A stretch of 63,514 nt of DNA, counting the filler, from Octopus bimaculoides (taxonomy: Eukaryota), in the NCBI RefSeq assembly GCF_001194135.2. It is 10 parts of 10 records of this genome, joined end to end, with 100 filler letters (N's around TTAATTAATTAA, not from the genome) between each part and the next. Parts side by side here need not be neighbours in the genome. Positions count along the whole stretch, not along the records: positions 23,848 to 33,957 come from NC_069003.1; positions 34,058 to 37,107 come from NC_068982.1; positions 37,208 to 43,193 come from NC_068984.1; 7 more parts are not named here. One strand, 5' to 3'. Both the position numbers and the translations under genes were made by a program. Shown one piece after another: positions 24,856-37,536 of this stretch (the first letter of the stretch is position 1; each line of letters begins with the position of its first letter). The notes under the pieces are model-generated. The model had not been told where the DNA came from, made no database searches, and saw nothing but the letters and a program-made list of their open reading frames with translations.

Positions 24856-24898
24856 GGCCATGATGAATACCACACGGTAATGAAAATACGTATTCGCC
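24856..24898 (+). ncRNA. Hammerhead-like motif with 10-nt palindromic stem III, degenerate core
   Basis: GGC|CATGATGA|ATACC-ACAC-GGTAAT|GAA|AATACGTATT|C|GCC; one extra A in the core and one in stem II. Confidence 0.6.
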
Positions 24899-25898
24899 TT
24901 TATATATATTTAATCCTTTATATTGAACACTCACTATTTCATATATTCAATAAGACATATTCCATATATTCAATAATACATTCAATATATCATTTCATTG
25001 NNNNNNNNNNNNNNNNNNNNNNNNNNNNNNNNNNNNNNNNNNNNNNNNNNNNNNNNNNNNNNNNNNNNNNNNNNNNNNNNNNNNNNNNNNNNNNNNNNNN
25101 NNNNNNNNNNNNNNNNNNNNNNNNNNNNNNNNNNNNNNNNNNNNNNNNNNNNNNNNNNNNNNNNNNNNNNNNNNNNNNNNNNNNNNNNNNNNNNNNNNNN
25201 NNNNNNNNNNNNNNNNNNNNNNNNNNNNNNNNNNNNNNNNNNNNNNNNNNNNNNNNNNNNNNNNNNNNNNNNNNNNNNNNNNNNNNNNNNNNNNNNNNNN
25301 NNNNNNNNNNNNNNNNNNNNNNNNNNNNNNNNNNNNNNNNNNNNNNNNNNNNNNNNNNNNNNNNNNNNNNNNNNNNNNNNNNNNNNNNNNNNNNNNNNNN
25401 NNNNNNNNNNNNNNNNNNNNNNNNNNNNNNNNNNNNNNNNNNNNNNNNNNNNNNNNNNNNNNNNNNNNNNNNNNNNNNNNNNNNNNNNNNNNNNNNNNNN
25501 NNNNNNNNNNNNNNNNNNNNNNNNNNNNNNNNNNNNNNNNNNNNNNNNNNNNNNNNNNNNNNNNNNNNNNNNNNNNNNNNNNNNNNNNNNNNNNNNNNNN
25601 NNNNNNNNNNNNNNNNNNNNNNNNNNNNNNNNNNNNNNNNNNNNNNNNNNNNNNNNNNNNNNNNNNNNNNNNNNNNNNNNNNNNNNNNNNNNNNNNNNNN
25701 NNNNNNNNTATATATATATATGTATGTATATATATATATATATACATATAATATATATATATATCATATATATATGTGTATGTGTGTGTGTATGTATGCA
25801 TGCGTATATGTATGTATGTATGTTTGCATGCATGTATGTTTATGTGTGTTTGTGTACATATGTATGTATGTATGTATGTATGTATATGTATGCACATA

Positions 25899-26270
25899 TG
25901 GAGTGGCAATTGTCCAGTGGTTAGGGCAGGGACACGCGGTCGTAGGGTCACGGTTTCTATTCCCAGACCAGGCGTTGTGTATGTTTATTGTGCGAAAACA
26001 CCTAAAGCTCCACGAAGCTCCGAGAGGGGGTGGTAGTGATCTTGCTGTACTCTTTCACCACAACTTTCTCTCACTCTTCCTGTTTCTGTTGTGCCTGTAT
26101 TTCAAAGGGCCAGCCTTGTCACACTCTGTGTCACGCTGAATATCCCCGAGAACTACGTTAAGGGTACACGTGTCTGTGGAGTGCTCAGCCACTTGCACGT
26201 TCATTTCACGTGCAGGCTCTTCCGTTGATCGGATCAACTGAAACCCTCGTCGTCGTAACCGACGGAGTGT
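25899..26270 (+). mobile_element. tRNA-derived SINE, family E (single copy here)
   Basis: A-box-like TGTCCAGTGGTTAG (25911-25924) and B-box-like GGTTTCTATTCC (about 25951), followed by about 300 bp of complex body ending ...CCCTCGTCGTCGTAACCGACGGAGTG. Confidence 0.65.
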
Positions 26271-27067
26271 CACGGTGCATAAACATGTTCTTAGCTAAGC
26301 ACAGAACACGAGAACAAAGAGTTTTAATTTCTAATTTTAAATTCTAATANNNNNNNNNNNNNNNNNNNNNNNNNNNNNNNNNNNNNNNNNNNNNNNNNNN
26401 NNNNNNNNNNNNNNNNNNNNNNNNNNNNNNNNNNNNNNNNNNNNNNNNNNNNNNNNNNNNNNNNNNNNNNNNNNNNNNNNNNNNNNNNNNNNNNNNNNNN
26501 NNNNNNNNNNNNNNNNNNNNNNNNNNNNNNNNNNNNNNNNNNNNNNNNNNNNNNNNNNNNNNNNNNNNNNNNNNNNNNNNNNNNNNNNNNNNNNNNNNNN
26601 NNNNNNNNNNNNNNNNNNNNNNNNNNNNNNNNNNNNNNNNNNNNNNNNNNNNNNNNNNNNNNNNNNNNNNNNNNNNNNNNNNNNNNNNNNNNNNNNNNNN
26701 NNNNNNNNNNNNNNNNNNNNNNNNNNNNNNNNNNNNNNNNNNNNNNNNNNNNNNNNNNNNNNNNNNNNNNNNNNNNNNNNNNNNNNNNNNNNNNNNNNNN
26801 NNNNNNNNNNNNNNNNNNNNNNNNNNNNNNNNNNNNNNNNNNNNNNNNNNNNNNNNNNNNNNNNNNNNNNNNNNNNNNNNNNNNNNNNNNNNNNNNNNNN
26901 NNNNNNNNNNNNNNNNNNNNNNNNNNNNNNNNNNNNNNNNNNNNNNNNNNNNNNNNNNNNNNNNNNNNNNNNNNNNNNNNNNNNNNNNNNNNNNNNNNNN
27001 NNNNNNNNNNNNNNNNNNNNNNNNNNNNNNNNNNNNNNNNNNNNNNNNNNNNNNNNNNNNNNNNNNN

Positions 27068-27106
<39 letters not shown>

Positions 27107-27329
27107 GTATGTAAGTATGTATGTATGTATGTATCTATAAGTATACGTTTATGTATTTATCAGTCTAGCAATTTATGTATATATAGATATACATATACAT
27201 ATACGAATACATTTGTGTGTTTGTGTGTGTGTGTGTGTGTGCGCGCGCCCCCGTGTTTGGAGTACATGTCTAGAAAATCCATTAGTGAAATCACAATTTG
27301 ATGATGGATATAACTATATTTATAGATAT

Positions 27330-27427
<98 letters not shown>

Positions 27428-27929
27428 GGACAATACATGGACAGTACAGGGCCAGAAAAAATAGTTCTCAATGATCTCATAACGCCGTAGTAGAAGAAGC
27501 ACCAGCTGTAGCAGTAATAGTAGTTGTAGTAGTCTTTGCGTGTGGTTATGGTTACGGCTTTTGTGATGTTGGTAGTGGAGGTGAGGGTGGTGGTCATGAT
27601 CGCTGTGCTAATTGTGGCGATTGTCGAGTTCATTATTCGTTTAACCTTGCTGTCACTAACTCATCTTATTACTGGCATGATGTATCATGGACTACCTCAC
27701 TGAACGTGCACCCAGTTTTCTATGACACATAGTTTGTGATTTGAGGGACATTTACCTGCTATTATCAATAGCGTAGACTCAGTTCAATCGTTAATATCTC
27801 ATATTATTGCTTATCCAAGCGTCAATATCTCATCTCAATCAACATGACCACCACCAAATTAGGATTGTATGGCTGAGCAGGTCACTTTAGCACCACAGAT
27901 TCAATTCTACTGCGTTACGTCTGCATGTG

Positions 27930-28209
27930 CCTCTCCTTCTTCTTCTTTTTCTTTTTCTTCGTCTTCTTCTTTTTCTTCTTCTTCTTCTTCTTCTTCTTCT
28001 TCTTCTTCTTCTTCTTCTTCTCCTCCTCCTCCTCCTCCTCCTCTTTCTTCTACTCCTTCCCTTCATTCTCCTCCTCCTTCTTCTCTTTCTCTTCATTCTC
28101 CTAATTCCCCCTTCTTCTTCTTCTCCTCCTCCTCCTCCTCCTCTTTCTTCTACTCCTTCCCTTCACTCTCCTCCTCCTTCTCTTTCTCTTCATTCTCCTA
28201 ATTCCCCCT

Positions 28210-28241
<32 letters not shown>

Positions 28242-28725
28242 TTCTTTTTCTTCTTCTCTTTCTTCTACTCCTTCCCTTCACTCTCCTCCTCCTTCTTCTC
28301 TTTGTCTTCATTCTCATAATTCCCTCTTCTTCTTCTTCTTCTTCTTCTTCTTCTTCTTCTTCTTCTTCTTCTTTTTCTTCTTGTTTTTCTCCTTCACCTC
28401 CTCATTCTTGCTCTCCTCCTCCTTCTTTTGATTCTCCATTTTCTTCTTCTTCCTCTCCTTATTTCTTTCTCCTTCACCTCCTCCTCTCCCTTATTCTTTT
28501 TCACTTCTCCCTCCCCTCTTCATTCTTTTTTCTTCTCCTTTTTCTCTTTCTGTTTCTTCTCCTCGTCAACCTCCTCCTCATTCTTTTCATCCCCCTCTTC
28601 ATTCTTTTCATCCCCCTCCTTATTCTTCTCCTCCTCCTCATTCTTCTTTTTCTCCTCCCCTTCTTCTCCTCATCATTCTTCTTCTTCACCTCCTTCTTCT
28701 CTACATTCTCCTTCTCCCCCTTGAA
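27930..28725 (+). repeat. CT-rich tract with about 100-115-bp higher-order repeats
   Basis: TACTCCTTCCCTTCA recurs at 28051, 28151 and 28266, each followed by CATTCTC.TAATTCCC. Confidence 0.9.
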
Positions 28726-28891
28726 TTACATTAATTCTTCAGACATCCGGTGTTCCCATTCTTCTCGTCTAGCAATGTCGGTGTAATCCCTATGAAGAGT
28801 ACAGTGTAAAAATCTATGAATATGATTGAACAAACGACAGACCTGCATTATTTGTTGATAAATAGATATAATTGAATATTATGTGTTTCTT

Positions 28892-29090
28892 ACGGTAGCG
28901 AGCTGGTAGAGTGAGTCGTTAGCAGGTTGGACAAAATGCTTGGCAGCAATTCTTCCAACTTGATATTCCGTTGGCAGTCGATTTTAGCTTTCATCCATTC
29001 GGGTTCGATAAAACGAGTACCAGTTAAACATTGATGCCTATGTGATCGATTCATCCGCTCCCCCGCATTTGCTGGCCTTGCCATCTGCAA
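28892..29090 (+). mobile_element. Old SINE family A
   Basis: GGTAGCGAGCTGGTAGA...CAAAATGCTTGGC...GCTTTCATCCATTCGGGTTCGATAAAACGAGTACCAG. Confidence 0.75.
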
Positions 29091-29547
29091 ATATCAGTCG
29101 ACCGTTTCTACGCTCACCTTTTGTGATGCCAGTTCCACAACGGCTTCGTATAGGAATCCAGTTCATGAAAATTACGAAAGGGAGAGGTGACAATAGGCGC
29201 TCCTACCGAAGTCCAAAACCATTTACCCGAATACGAACACAAACGTGACCAACTGAGACCGTATCCATAGTCTCCGGTGGTCACGCTTAGGAATACATTC
29301 GGAAAATGTAATCACGGTTGCTTCTGATAGCAGATATGGAGGATCTTTCAACTACCCCCATGACTTTCCCAGGAGTGTTGTTGATGTTCTTCGACATGGT
29401 TGAACAACCAATCGCAACTCGCCGGGATTCACAGCACAGGTTGTACTATTACTTCTTTCGATCGATGAATACAAAACGTAGTCCGCAAGACCTGCCGTTC
29501 GAGTAATTTTTTCTGAGTCACTCTCTCACCCTTGTATGGTAATCTGA

Positions 29548-29686
29548 CGCATTTATAGCTGAGTGGATTGGAGGGACGTGAAATGAAATGTTTTTCCTCA
29601 AGAACACAATGCACAGCCGGTGGAGAAATAGAAACCACGATGTCATGATCGTGAGAGCAACTCCATAACCACTAGCCATGCGCCTT
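29548..29686 (-). mobile_element. tRNA/CORE-like SINE head, family D
   Basis: Minus: AAGGCGCATGGCTAGTGGTT...GTGGTTTCTATTTC...GTGTTCTTGAGGAAAAACATTTCATTTCACG...CCACTCAGCT; homologous to 34.7 and 43.5 kb. Confidence 0.65.
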
Positions 29687-30479
29687 CAGACAGTAATGTA
29701 ATAGAGGATAGAATAAATGGATGGATGGAATCAAATCTTTGTCCACATCGGTAAATGGATGGGAACATTAAAAGGCTCTCTATACACTCCTTAGATGTGT
29801 GAGATTTTGTTATAGAACAGCAGAATTTTGTTGAGGAAGAGGTTTCAAGAATATCTAAGACCGTGCTGTCAATTCTGTAAATATCACGAATTTGTCTTGT
29901 AGATTTTCTGAAACAGATATGGGGTTAAATCTAAAAGGATTTAGAATGTGTTGATAATTTAATTTGCAAATACCAAGAAAATAAGAATCTATTTCATCAC
30001 GTAACAAAACAAAATGGTTCCCAGTAAACACGCCAAGTTCAGTGATGTTCTCTGCTTCCAAGAGTTTAATGCTTTCATTGGCATTTCTCAAAAATGTTTT
30101 AACGACCAGCTACTCCGTTTATCCTTCCATAACTCAAATTTCGTCCGTGACATAACGCAGTAACAAATAATGATATTGTGCTCAGATAATGATTTTATTA
30201 ACGAACGAAAAATATTGCAATAATTCCAAAACGAAATGTAAAATGGTAAACGGTAATTCCAGTTGTCCACGATGAAAATGAATAAGAGTGTACTAAAAAC
30301 AAGCGTCGAGCGGTAAAAAAAGAATAAATTCTTGAAATGAATCAGGGTATGAAATATGTCACCTGATCGAGTCAATAAAGTTTCCCCCGATTGGATAGGT
30401 AAGCGTAAGTTAAAAAATAAACGATGTGGGAGTAGGGAAATGTCACATGACAGAATCGTCATGCGTGCAGACTCTCCAA

Positions 30480-30730
30480 TGCACGTAGCATAGAGGAGCG
30501 GAGAGGTGAAAACTGGTGAGAGCTCAAAGAGAAAGACTCGTCAGCACTCTACGAACATGCTCAGGCAGAACACGGAGGCTCGATTAATAGTATAGAGGTT
30601 AAAGTATCATTGGCGCATAGATCTGACACGACACTTAGACAGATCACAGAGGCTACACACATAGCAGTAGAGAGACCGAGCCTCAATAGAAAACACGAAT
30701 GGAACAAACATCCACACGACACCACATGAC
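30480..30730 (+). mobile_element. GIY-YIG endonuclease C-terminal half from a second PLE lineage
   Basis: ARSIEERRGENW*ELKEKDSSALYEHAQAEHGG....VKV....DTTLRQITEATHIAVERPSLNRKHEW fits the RS..ER..EH...S.L..H...H...RQ.TEA..I...P.LN.K.EW pattern. Confidence 0.7.
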
Positions 30731-31828
30731 TAAAGACAGAAGTGGGGAGAAGAGAGAGAGAAAAAATAATAATAGATAAAATACAGATACAGTGTATCTA
30801 TAGGTAGATATTGTTGTATTTGGGGATGGTCATATTGCAAGTTTAGCCAATAAAAACACACGCACTGTATATTTGGTGTTAATTTGTTTCAGCTTTATAT
30901 TACATTACATTACATTAATCCTGTTTCGGCCAGACTTCTTTCGTCACACTTCTGTGACTTCATCAATGGTCTTTTGTTTTCTTCTTTCTTATGTGTGTCC
31001 CACCTTGCTAACTATCAGCCAGTTTGTATATACATATATTTATATATATATATATATNNNNNNNNNNNNNNNNNNNNNNNNNNNNNNNNNNNNNNNNNNN
31101 NNNNNNNNNNNNNNNNNNNNNNNNNNNNNNNNNNNNNNNNNNNNNNNNNNNNNNNNNNNNNNNNNNNNNNNNNNNNNNNNNNNNNNNNNNNNNNNNNNNN
31201 NNNNNNNNNNNNNNNNNNNNNNNNNNNNNNNNNNNNNNNNNNNNNNNNNNNNNNNNNNNNNNNNNNNNNNNNNNNNNNNNNNNNNNNNNNNNNNNNNNNN
31301 NNNNNNNNNNNNNNNNNNNNNNNNNNNNNNNNNNNNNNNNNNNNNNNNNNNNNNNNNNNNNNNNNNNNNNNNNNNNNNNNNNNNNNNNNNNNNNNNNNNN
31401 NNNNNNNNNNNNNNNNNNNNNNNNNNNNNNNNNNNNNNNNNNNNNNNNNNNNNNNNNNNNNNNNNNNNNNNNNNNNNNNNNNNNNNNNNNNNNNNNNNNN
31501 NNNNNNNNNNNNNNNNNNNNNNNNNNNNNNNNNNNNNNNNNNNNNNNNNNNNNNNNNNNNNNNNNNNNNNNNNNNNNNNNNNNNNNNNNNNNNNNNNNNN
31601 NNNNNNNNNNNNNNNNNNNNNNNNNNNNNNNNNNNNNNNNNNNNNNNNNNNNNNNNNNNNNNNNNNNNNNNNNNNNNNNNNNNNNNNNNNNNNNNNNNNN
31701 NNNNNNNNNNNNNNNNNNNNNNNNNNNNNNNNNNNNNNNNNNNNNNNNNNNNNNNNNNNNNNNNNNNNNNNNNNNNNNNNNNNNNNNNNNNNNNNNNNNN
31801 NNNNNNNNNNNNNNNNNNNNNNNNNNNN

Positions 31829-31863
<35 letters not shown>

Positions 31864-33059
31864 TATGTGTGTGCGTGTGTATACTTGATTGTGCTCTCTA
31901 ATAATCGACGTCTTCAGAATTCTTCCTCAAAATGCAATTCCTATTCGTAAAATATGTCTGAGTGAATAAATGAATACCACATTAAATGGATTCATCCATG
32001 GATCGTAAACATACCATGTAGATCCATTTCGATTCCTAAAATTACCCTATTTCTTTTTTATTCCATATAAGCTAAAATGTCTGTTATTCTTCGACGAATA
32101 ATCCATGTCTTTGGATATGAGATCATTATTTGAATCATTAATTTCCTTGGCAATACTTTTCTACCAACATACAAACAATTTATTTACAGCATGGTAACAT
32201 CAAATTTTCGGTGATTTCAAGTGTGGGTTCTTTTTCTTTTTTATTTCTTTCTACATATTCTTCCTTTTCTTTCTTTTCCTCATTTTCTTTTCCATTTTCT
32301 TCTTCGCCTTCCAGTTCGTATTTCTCTTCGTCTTCTTCCACTTCTTTGTCTCCTTTCCCCTATTCTCTTTTTTTCTTTTGCTACTTCCCCTCCTCCTCCT
32401 TCTCGTTCTTCAGCCTTTCTTCTGTTTTCTCTTTGACCATATTAAGCAGCAAGCAAGTTTGCTTTATTTCATTGCTACATCCCTGCACACCTCTGCACAC
32501 CTCCATTTCATTCATTTCGTGTCAAACTAGATGACTTCCGCGCCGAAAGGCAAGTTGTTCCTTGTCAGTGAAGCGTCGTTTTAAAAACTTAATAAATACC
32601 GTTGTAGAAATAACCAACAGAATCTTTTATAGAACATTACGAAACACTAGGCTTCTGGGAAATCCTTTCCCTTTTTCTTCATACCATTGAAAGTAAGTTT
32701 GATATATGATTTTTTGCATGACCCTTTTTGTTTTGGCAGGGGACCTCATAACGGATACCAGGGAAAATTTACATATTTTAGTAGTTATATGAGTAGATAG
32801 CAAAATAATGTACCACACTGAACTTAGTGTGTGAAATATATAGTCGTAAGCCATGGCAGTGTGGTTAAGAAGCTCAGTTTCGTAGGGTTCCTACCATTCC
32901 GAGTTGTATATTTTACTTTCATCTGTATATGGGTATGCAGACCCTTACAGCTGTTTCACGAATGGAGCTGTAATAAACTACAAGCACTCCCTCTTCGTTC
33001 TTCAGGTTCTGATATTACTTATAATAACCTGCCTTAACCTTCCAGCTATTATCAATAGA

Positions 33060-33274
33060 GAACGGTGTGCACTCTGTTAGATAACAAGCGTGACTGTAGG
33101 CCGGAAAGATGCACTGCATTTGCTGCTCGCAAACAACCATAATAACACTGATATAGCTGCACTTTCAGAGATCCGTGTAGAAGGTGATGGTCAGCTTGAT
33201 GAAGTAGGAGGTGGGTACACTTTTTTGGGGAAACTGTCGGAGGAGGGCAGAGAGTGTGGTGTTAGCTTTGCAGT
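33060..33274 (+). mobile_element. RTE-clade LINE AP-endonuclease N-terminal fragment
   Basis: VCTLLDNKRDCRPERCTAFAAR (frameshift) TDIAALSEIRVEGDGQLDEVGGGYTF...GRECGVSFAV. Confidence 0.8.
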
Positions 33275-33900
33275 TCGATTGAAATTTTATGCTTCCGTGA
33301 AATTCTGTCTTCTTCTTGGGAGAACGGCGGCCGAAAAGGTTGTCATGCTTGAAACAAATTACAAGAATTCTGTCATGAGCAAAACACATTTTTATAAGCG
33401 GTTTTCACGCTTTAAGAATTGTGATTTGTCGTTTGAAGACAAACTTCGTTCAGGGTGATCGTCAAACTCCCGAACGAACGAAAACATCCTGAAAATTCAT
33501 GAACTGATCTTGGAGGACCATCACTGAACAATTGACGAACTGTTGATATGACTGGTATGTCCTGGAGCTTCTACCGACGATTTTGAGCGAGGAACTGCGA
33601 ATGAAAAGAGTTGCTGCAAAATTTGTGCCTCGCTTGCTCACGGAAGATCGAAAGTAGTCACGACTGAACGCGTGTCGTAAACTGAAAGAACAGTCGGCAG
33701 CTGATCCGAACTATTTTTTCGAAGTCATCACTGGTGACGAAATTTGGTGTTACGAGGTTTGCAGATGTAGAAGAGATGAAGAAAAAAACCGACGGAGGTG
33801 TTAAAAGGCAACACTGTTTGGGACAGTGGAAAACGCACCTGGGCCTACACATTGCTTCAAAAGGAGTATACTTTGAAGGTGATAAAAGTGTAAACAGGTA
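33275..33900 (+). mobile_element. Mariner-type transposase relic with internal deletion
   Basis: ASVKFCLLLGRTAAE..VML..Y..SVMSKT..Y..FSRFK...FEDKLRSG, MKRVAAKFVPRLLTE, VITGDEIWCY, then a jump to RFADVEE and IASKGVYFEGD. Confidence 0.85.
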
Positions 33901-34319
33901 AATCTAAGTGAATAAAATAAAAAAATAATATTGCAAAATGTACGTATGTATGTATGTNNNNNNNNNNNNNNNNNNNNNNNNNNNNNNNNNNNNNNNNNNN
34001 NTTAATTAATTAANNNNNNNNNNNNNNNNNNNNNNNNNNNNNNNNNNNNNNNNNNNNTGACAAGAGGCAACACCCTGAAACTAGTCTAGTCTGCAGATGC
34101 CAAATCAGCAGGGGGACGCTGCTGACCTCCCATGTTCGAAGGTTGTAAAGGACACAGGTTTCGTGTGTCACATAGCTAGCTAGAGGCGATGGCTTCTTGG
34201 AGCTAATTCACGGCAGCTTTCGTCCTAATTTTGGGACTGCCATGTTGGCTTGGCGATAACTATTAATTTCCAGTACCGCTGCCGTAGTCTCCTTTAGAGA
34301 GACTTAGAAATATTAAGAA

Positions 34320-34356
<37 letters not shown>

Positions 34357-34379
34357 GGTGTACACAAGCACACACACAT

Positions 34380-34500
34380 ATGGTCAAAATATATAAAACA
34401 AGGACGTTGTGAAAGAACAATAAACAGGGAGTATTAGTTTAACAGTCAGGAAAAATGGAAGATGTCTTTACCGTTTCGAGCCTACGCTCTTCTTCAGAAG
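34380..34500 (-). mobile_element. PLE-type 3' end carrying a hammerhead (34466-34500)
   Basis: Minus: CTT|CTGAAGA|A|GAGC-GTAG-GCTC|GAAAC-G-GT|A|AAG, then ...GTTAAACTAATAC...; same family as 44.7 kb. Confidence 0.7.
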
Positions 34501-34654
34501 TTTGGTCTGATAGAATGCAGCAGCCTGTTGCTAGTTATTTTAGGGGCCTATGTAGTTGTGAGAAGATATGCTCACATTCTGGCCCCTTAGACGCTTCACC
34601 CAGTAGGTCACGAAGGAAGTGATATCTGGAGGGAAACAAATTTGCACTAGATAT

Positions 34655-34797
34655 CAGCTGATACTGGTCTTTACTTACGTAATGGGAATTAACATGAATT
34701 GAAGCACCTTATCCTAGGACACAACGCTGCTGGGTTCACGAATCGTACCTACGATCATACGATCTTGAACCCAACACCCAAATCACTAGGCTAGATG
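34655..34797 (-). mobile_element. Old SINE family D fragment
   Basis: CCTAGGACACAACGC...ACGATCATACGATC...AACACCCAAATCACTAGGCTA, shared with 43.5 kb. Confidence 0.55.
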
Positions 34798-35703
34798 GCT
34801 AAACATATTTTTTGCAAACATTTTTAAACGTAGTTATAAGCACGTAGCATATCAAATGTTTTAAAAAATAGAGGGATGTTGGTAAAATCGCCAGAGACAC
34901 AAAGGGAGTCGTTTGTGGTAGGAATTTAGTTTCTCCCATCACGTTACTAGTTGAAATTAAACCTAAATAAATTTGGATAATTTCTACATCTATAAAATAA
35001 ATAACAGGAAAATTTCGTAATGTAATCGGCATAAACGTTGAAAGGATTGCCTCAATATTACTGCGTTACTGAAAAATGATCTGGATGAAAGATTCATTGG
35101 CACTTGACAAAGCAATACACGCTTTCTCCTATCAAACACACTCTACAAATTCTTTCTGTATATATGTTAACAAACAATTATGATTTCTGATGAACTTATA
35201 AACAATCATGAACTTATTTTACTGCCTATTTTGAACACTTTTATGTAAACTGTTTAAGCACTAATCCTCTCTTAACATTTTCTTATCATTGTCAAAGACT
35301 CTATCACTGTATTTTAATACATCTATGTTAACTAATTTTTAACACCACAAAGGCTACACAAGGCCTTACACTTTACATTTGAAAATCTTTTCTCAAAAGA
35401 AGTGAAACCGGTCAAGTCAATAAATATCTTTAAAAGACTTCTGCATTTTCAAATCCTCTTCCCTATATAGTTTCACTCGTACGGTACCTTCCAATTTTAC
35501 CTTGTTATATATATATAACATGTACACTTTCATACATACCTGTGTATGTTTGTCTGTAACAGATATGCATCTCTTCCTCCTCCTCCTCTCTCTCTCTCTC
35601 TCTCTCTCTCTGTACACATACACACTTATATATATATATATACATAAACATTCATATATATAATATCTATCTACCTATTTAGCCTACCTGATTACCTATC
35701 TAT

Positions 35704-35774
<71 letters not shown>

Positions 35775-36611
35775 CATGAATACGTATAAGAACATACACA
35801 AATATATATATATATATATATATATATGGTATGTCTATGAATATAAGTTATATACAAATGGACACGCTAAAAACTAAGAACATGGATACTCTAAAATCTA
35901 AGAAATGCATGAATTAGAGTACGACAGGAAATTTTGGATATTGTCCTTTAGCTTTGACAAGAAGCAAGATATTCACTTCGACACTTGGATTTGCGAATTC
36001 GATCCCATTACGTACGATCATGCGAAAATGAATTTTCTCTAGCTACGGGTCGACAAATATTTTGTAAGTGGGATCGGGTAATTAAAATATGCATGAAAGC
36101 CTTTAGTATGGATTGTACTTGGAATCGAAAAGTACAGACTTGTAGCGCACATACCGTTTGCGTCTCACTGTACTTGAGAAATATATTACGGATAAACGAG
36201 GCTGTGGAATGCTGAGCAACTTACACACAGAAGGTAATTCAGTTAATGGAATAACAAAATACTCGTCGCTCAACTAACGGAGAGCCCATCCTGTGTGTGT
36301 GTGCATGTGTGTTAGAGAGCGTGTGTGCGCATTATGTGCATCTGTGTGTGCCTACACGCACACAATGACACATTGCTTTAGATAAATATTTATGTTGATG
36401 GTGATATAATGTAACCACTATCAGTACTATAGACTTTTTAGTAAAGAATATTGACTTATTTTTTTCTTATCTTCTTAAATATAAAAAAAGCAACATTAAA
36501 GTGCCTCGCCGTCGCAAAAAAAAAAAACTCTCAACAAATAAGATCAACTGCTAAAATATAAATAAGTAAACACAAGTAAAAGTTATCATAGCAAGACGTT
36601 GAATTGGCTAT

Positions 36612-36870
36612 AGAGGAAGAAGGTTGTCTTCCAGCTACATGGTTCCTAGTTCAGTCCTACTGCATAGCGCATTGCGTAAATGTATTCTACTATAGCCCTG
36701 GGCTAACCAAAGCCTTCTGAGTAGATTTGGTAGACGGAAACCCGTCGTATACATATATGTATATACATATATGTATAAAAGTGTGTGTATTTGTGTCTGT
36801 GTTTGTCCCACCACCACCACCACCAACACCACTTGACAACCGGTGTTGGTATGCTTATGTCCCCGTAAAT
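36612..36870 (+). mobile_element. SINE family B, 5' two-thirds
   Basis: CATGGTTCCTAGTTCAGTCC...TTCTACTATAGCC...GATTTGGTAGACGGAAAC...CTTGACAACCGGTGTTGGT...GTCCCCGTAA. Confidence 0.8.
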
Positions 36871-36914
36871 TATTATTATTGTTCATAATAATAATAATAT
36901 AATTATTATATTAT

Positions 36915-37082
36915 TTTATTCTTTTACTCTTTTATTCGTTTCAGTCATTTCACTGAGACCATACGGGAGCACCGCCGTTTAGTTGCAGAAATCGACTCCT
37001 TGACTTATTCTTTGTAAGTCTGGTGCTTATTCTATCGTTCTCTTATACCGAAATGCTAAGCTACGGGCCCATAAACACACCA
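36915..37082 (-). mobile_element. SINE family B, 3' part
   Basis: TTTTACTCTTTTATTCGTTTCAGTCATT...GGAGCACCGCC...CTTATTCTTTGTAAG. Confidence 0.8.
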
Positions 37083-37207
37083 ATATATATATATATATAT
37101 ATATATANNNNNNNNNNNNNNNNNNNNNNNNNNNNNNNNNNNNNNNNNNNNTTAATTAATTAANNNNNNNNNNNNNNNNNNNNNNNNNNNNNNNNNNNNN
37201 NNNNNNN

Positions 37208-37536
37208 AAAGACCTGGAAATAGAGATAACTCGAATGTGGAATCTAAAAACAGAAACAATTCCTATCATAGTAGGTGCCTTAGGTATAATAAAAAAAATA
37301 TTCAGACAAATACATAACAAAAACACCAGGACTTACAAATATATATAACATACAGAAAATTGCACTACTGGGTACTGCACACATTCTACGCAAAACACTT
37401 TCAATACAGTAAACATAAGAGCACCACAGCAAACCACAGCACATACCCAAGGCGCACAGAGCTGCGCTCGGTAGTGAAGTGAAAGCACGTTATAAAAATA
37501 AAACTACTGAACAATAATAATAATAATAATAATAAT
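37208..37536 (+). mobile_element. R4/Dong LINE 3' end, about 97% identical to 1822-2140
   Basis: KDLEIEITRMWNLKTETIPIIVGALGII...LLGTAHILRKTLSIQ* (stop 37410-37412), same 3' UTR and (AAT)n tail; about 9 differences in about 310 bp by eye. Confidence 0.92.

Noticed and set aside
27440-27640. Gly/Cys-rich reading (GYGYGFCDVGSGGEGGGHDRCANCGDC) resembling a gag knuckle
   Set aside because: Derived from degenerate GTA/GGT trinucleotide repeats; no CCHC spacing.
29244-29285. Small hairpin CGTGACCA...TGGTCACG
   Set aside because: Short interrupted stem, expected by chance at this scale; no family context.
29855-30462. Two adjacent minus-strand ORFs (78 and 124 aa) with complex-looking sequence
   Set aside because: Different frames, TTG start, no recognisable domain and no convincing splice signals.
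30510-30525. In-frame TGA in the GIY-YIG fragment as possible selenocysteine
   Set aside because: Not at a Cys position; a decayed copy with a simple nonsense mutation is more likely, and no SECIS was seen.
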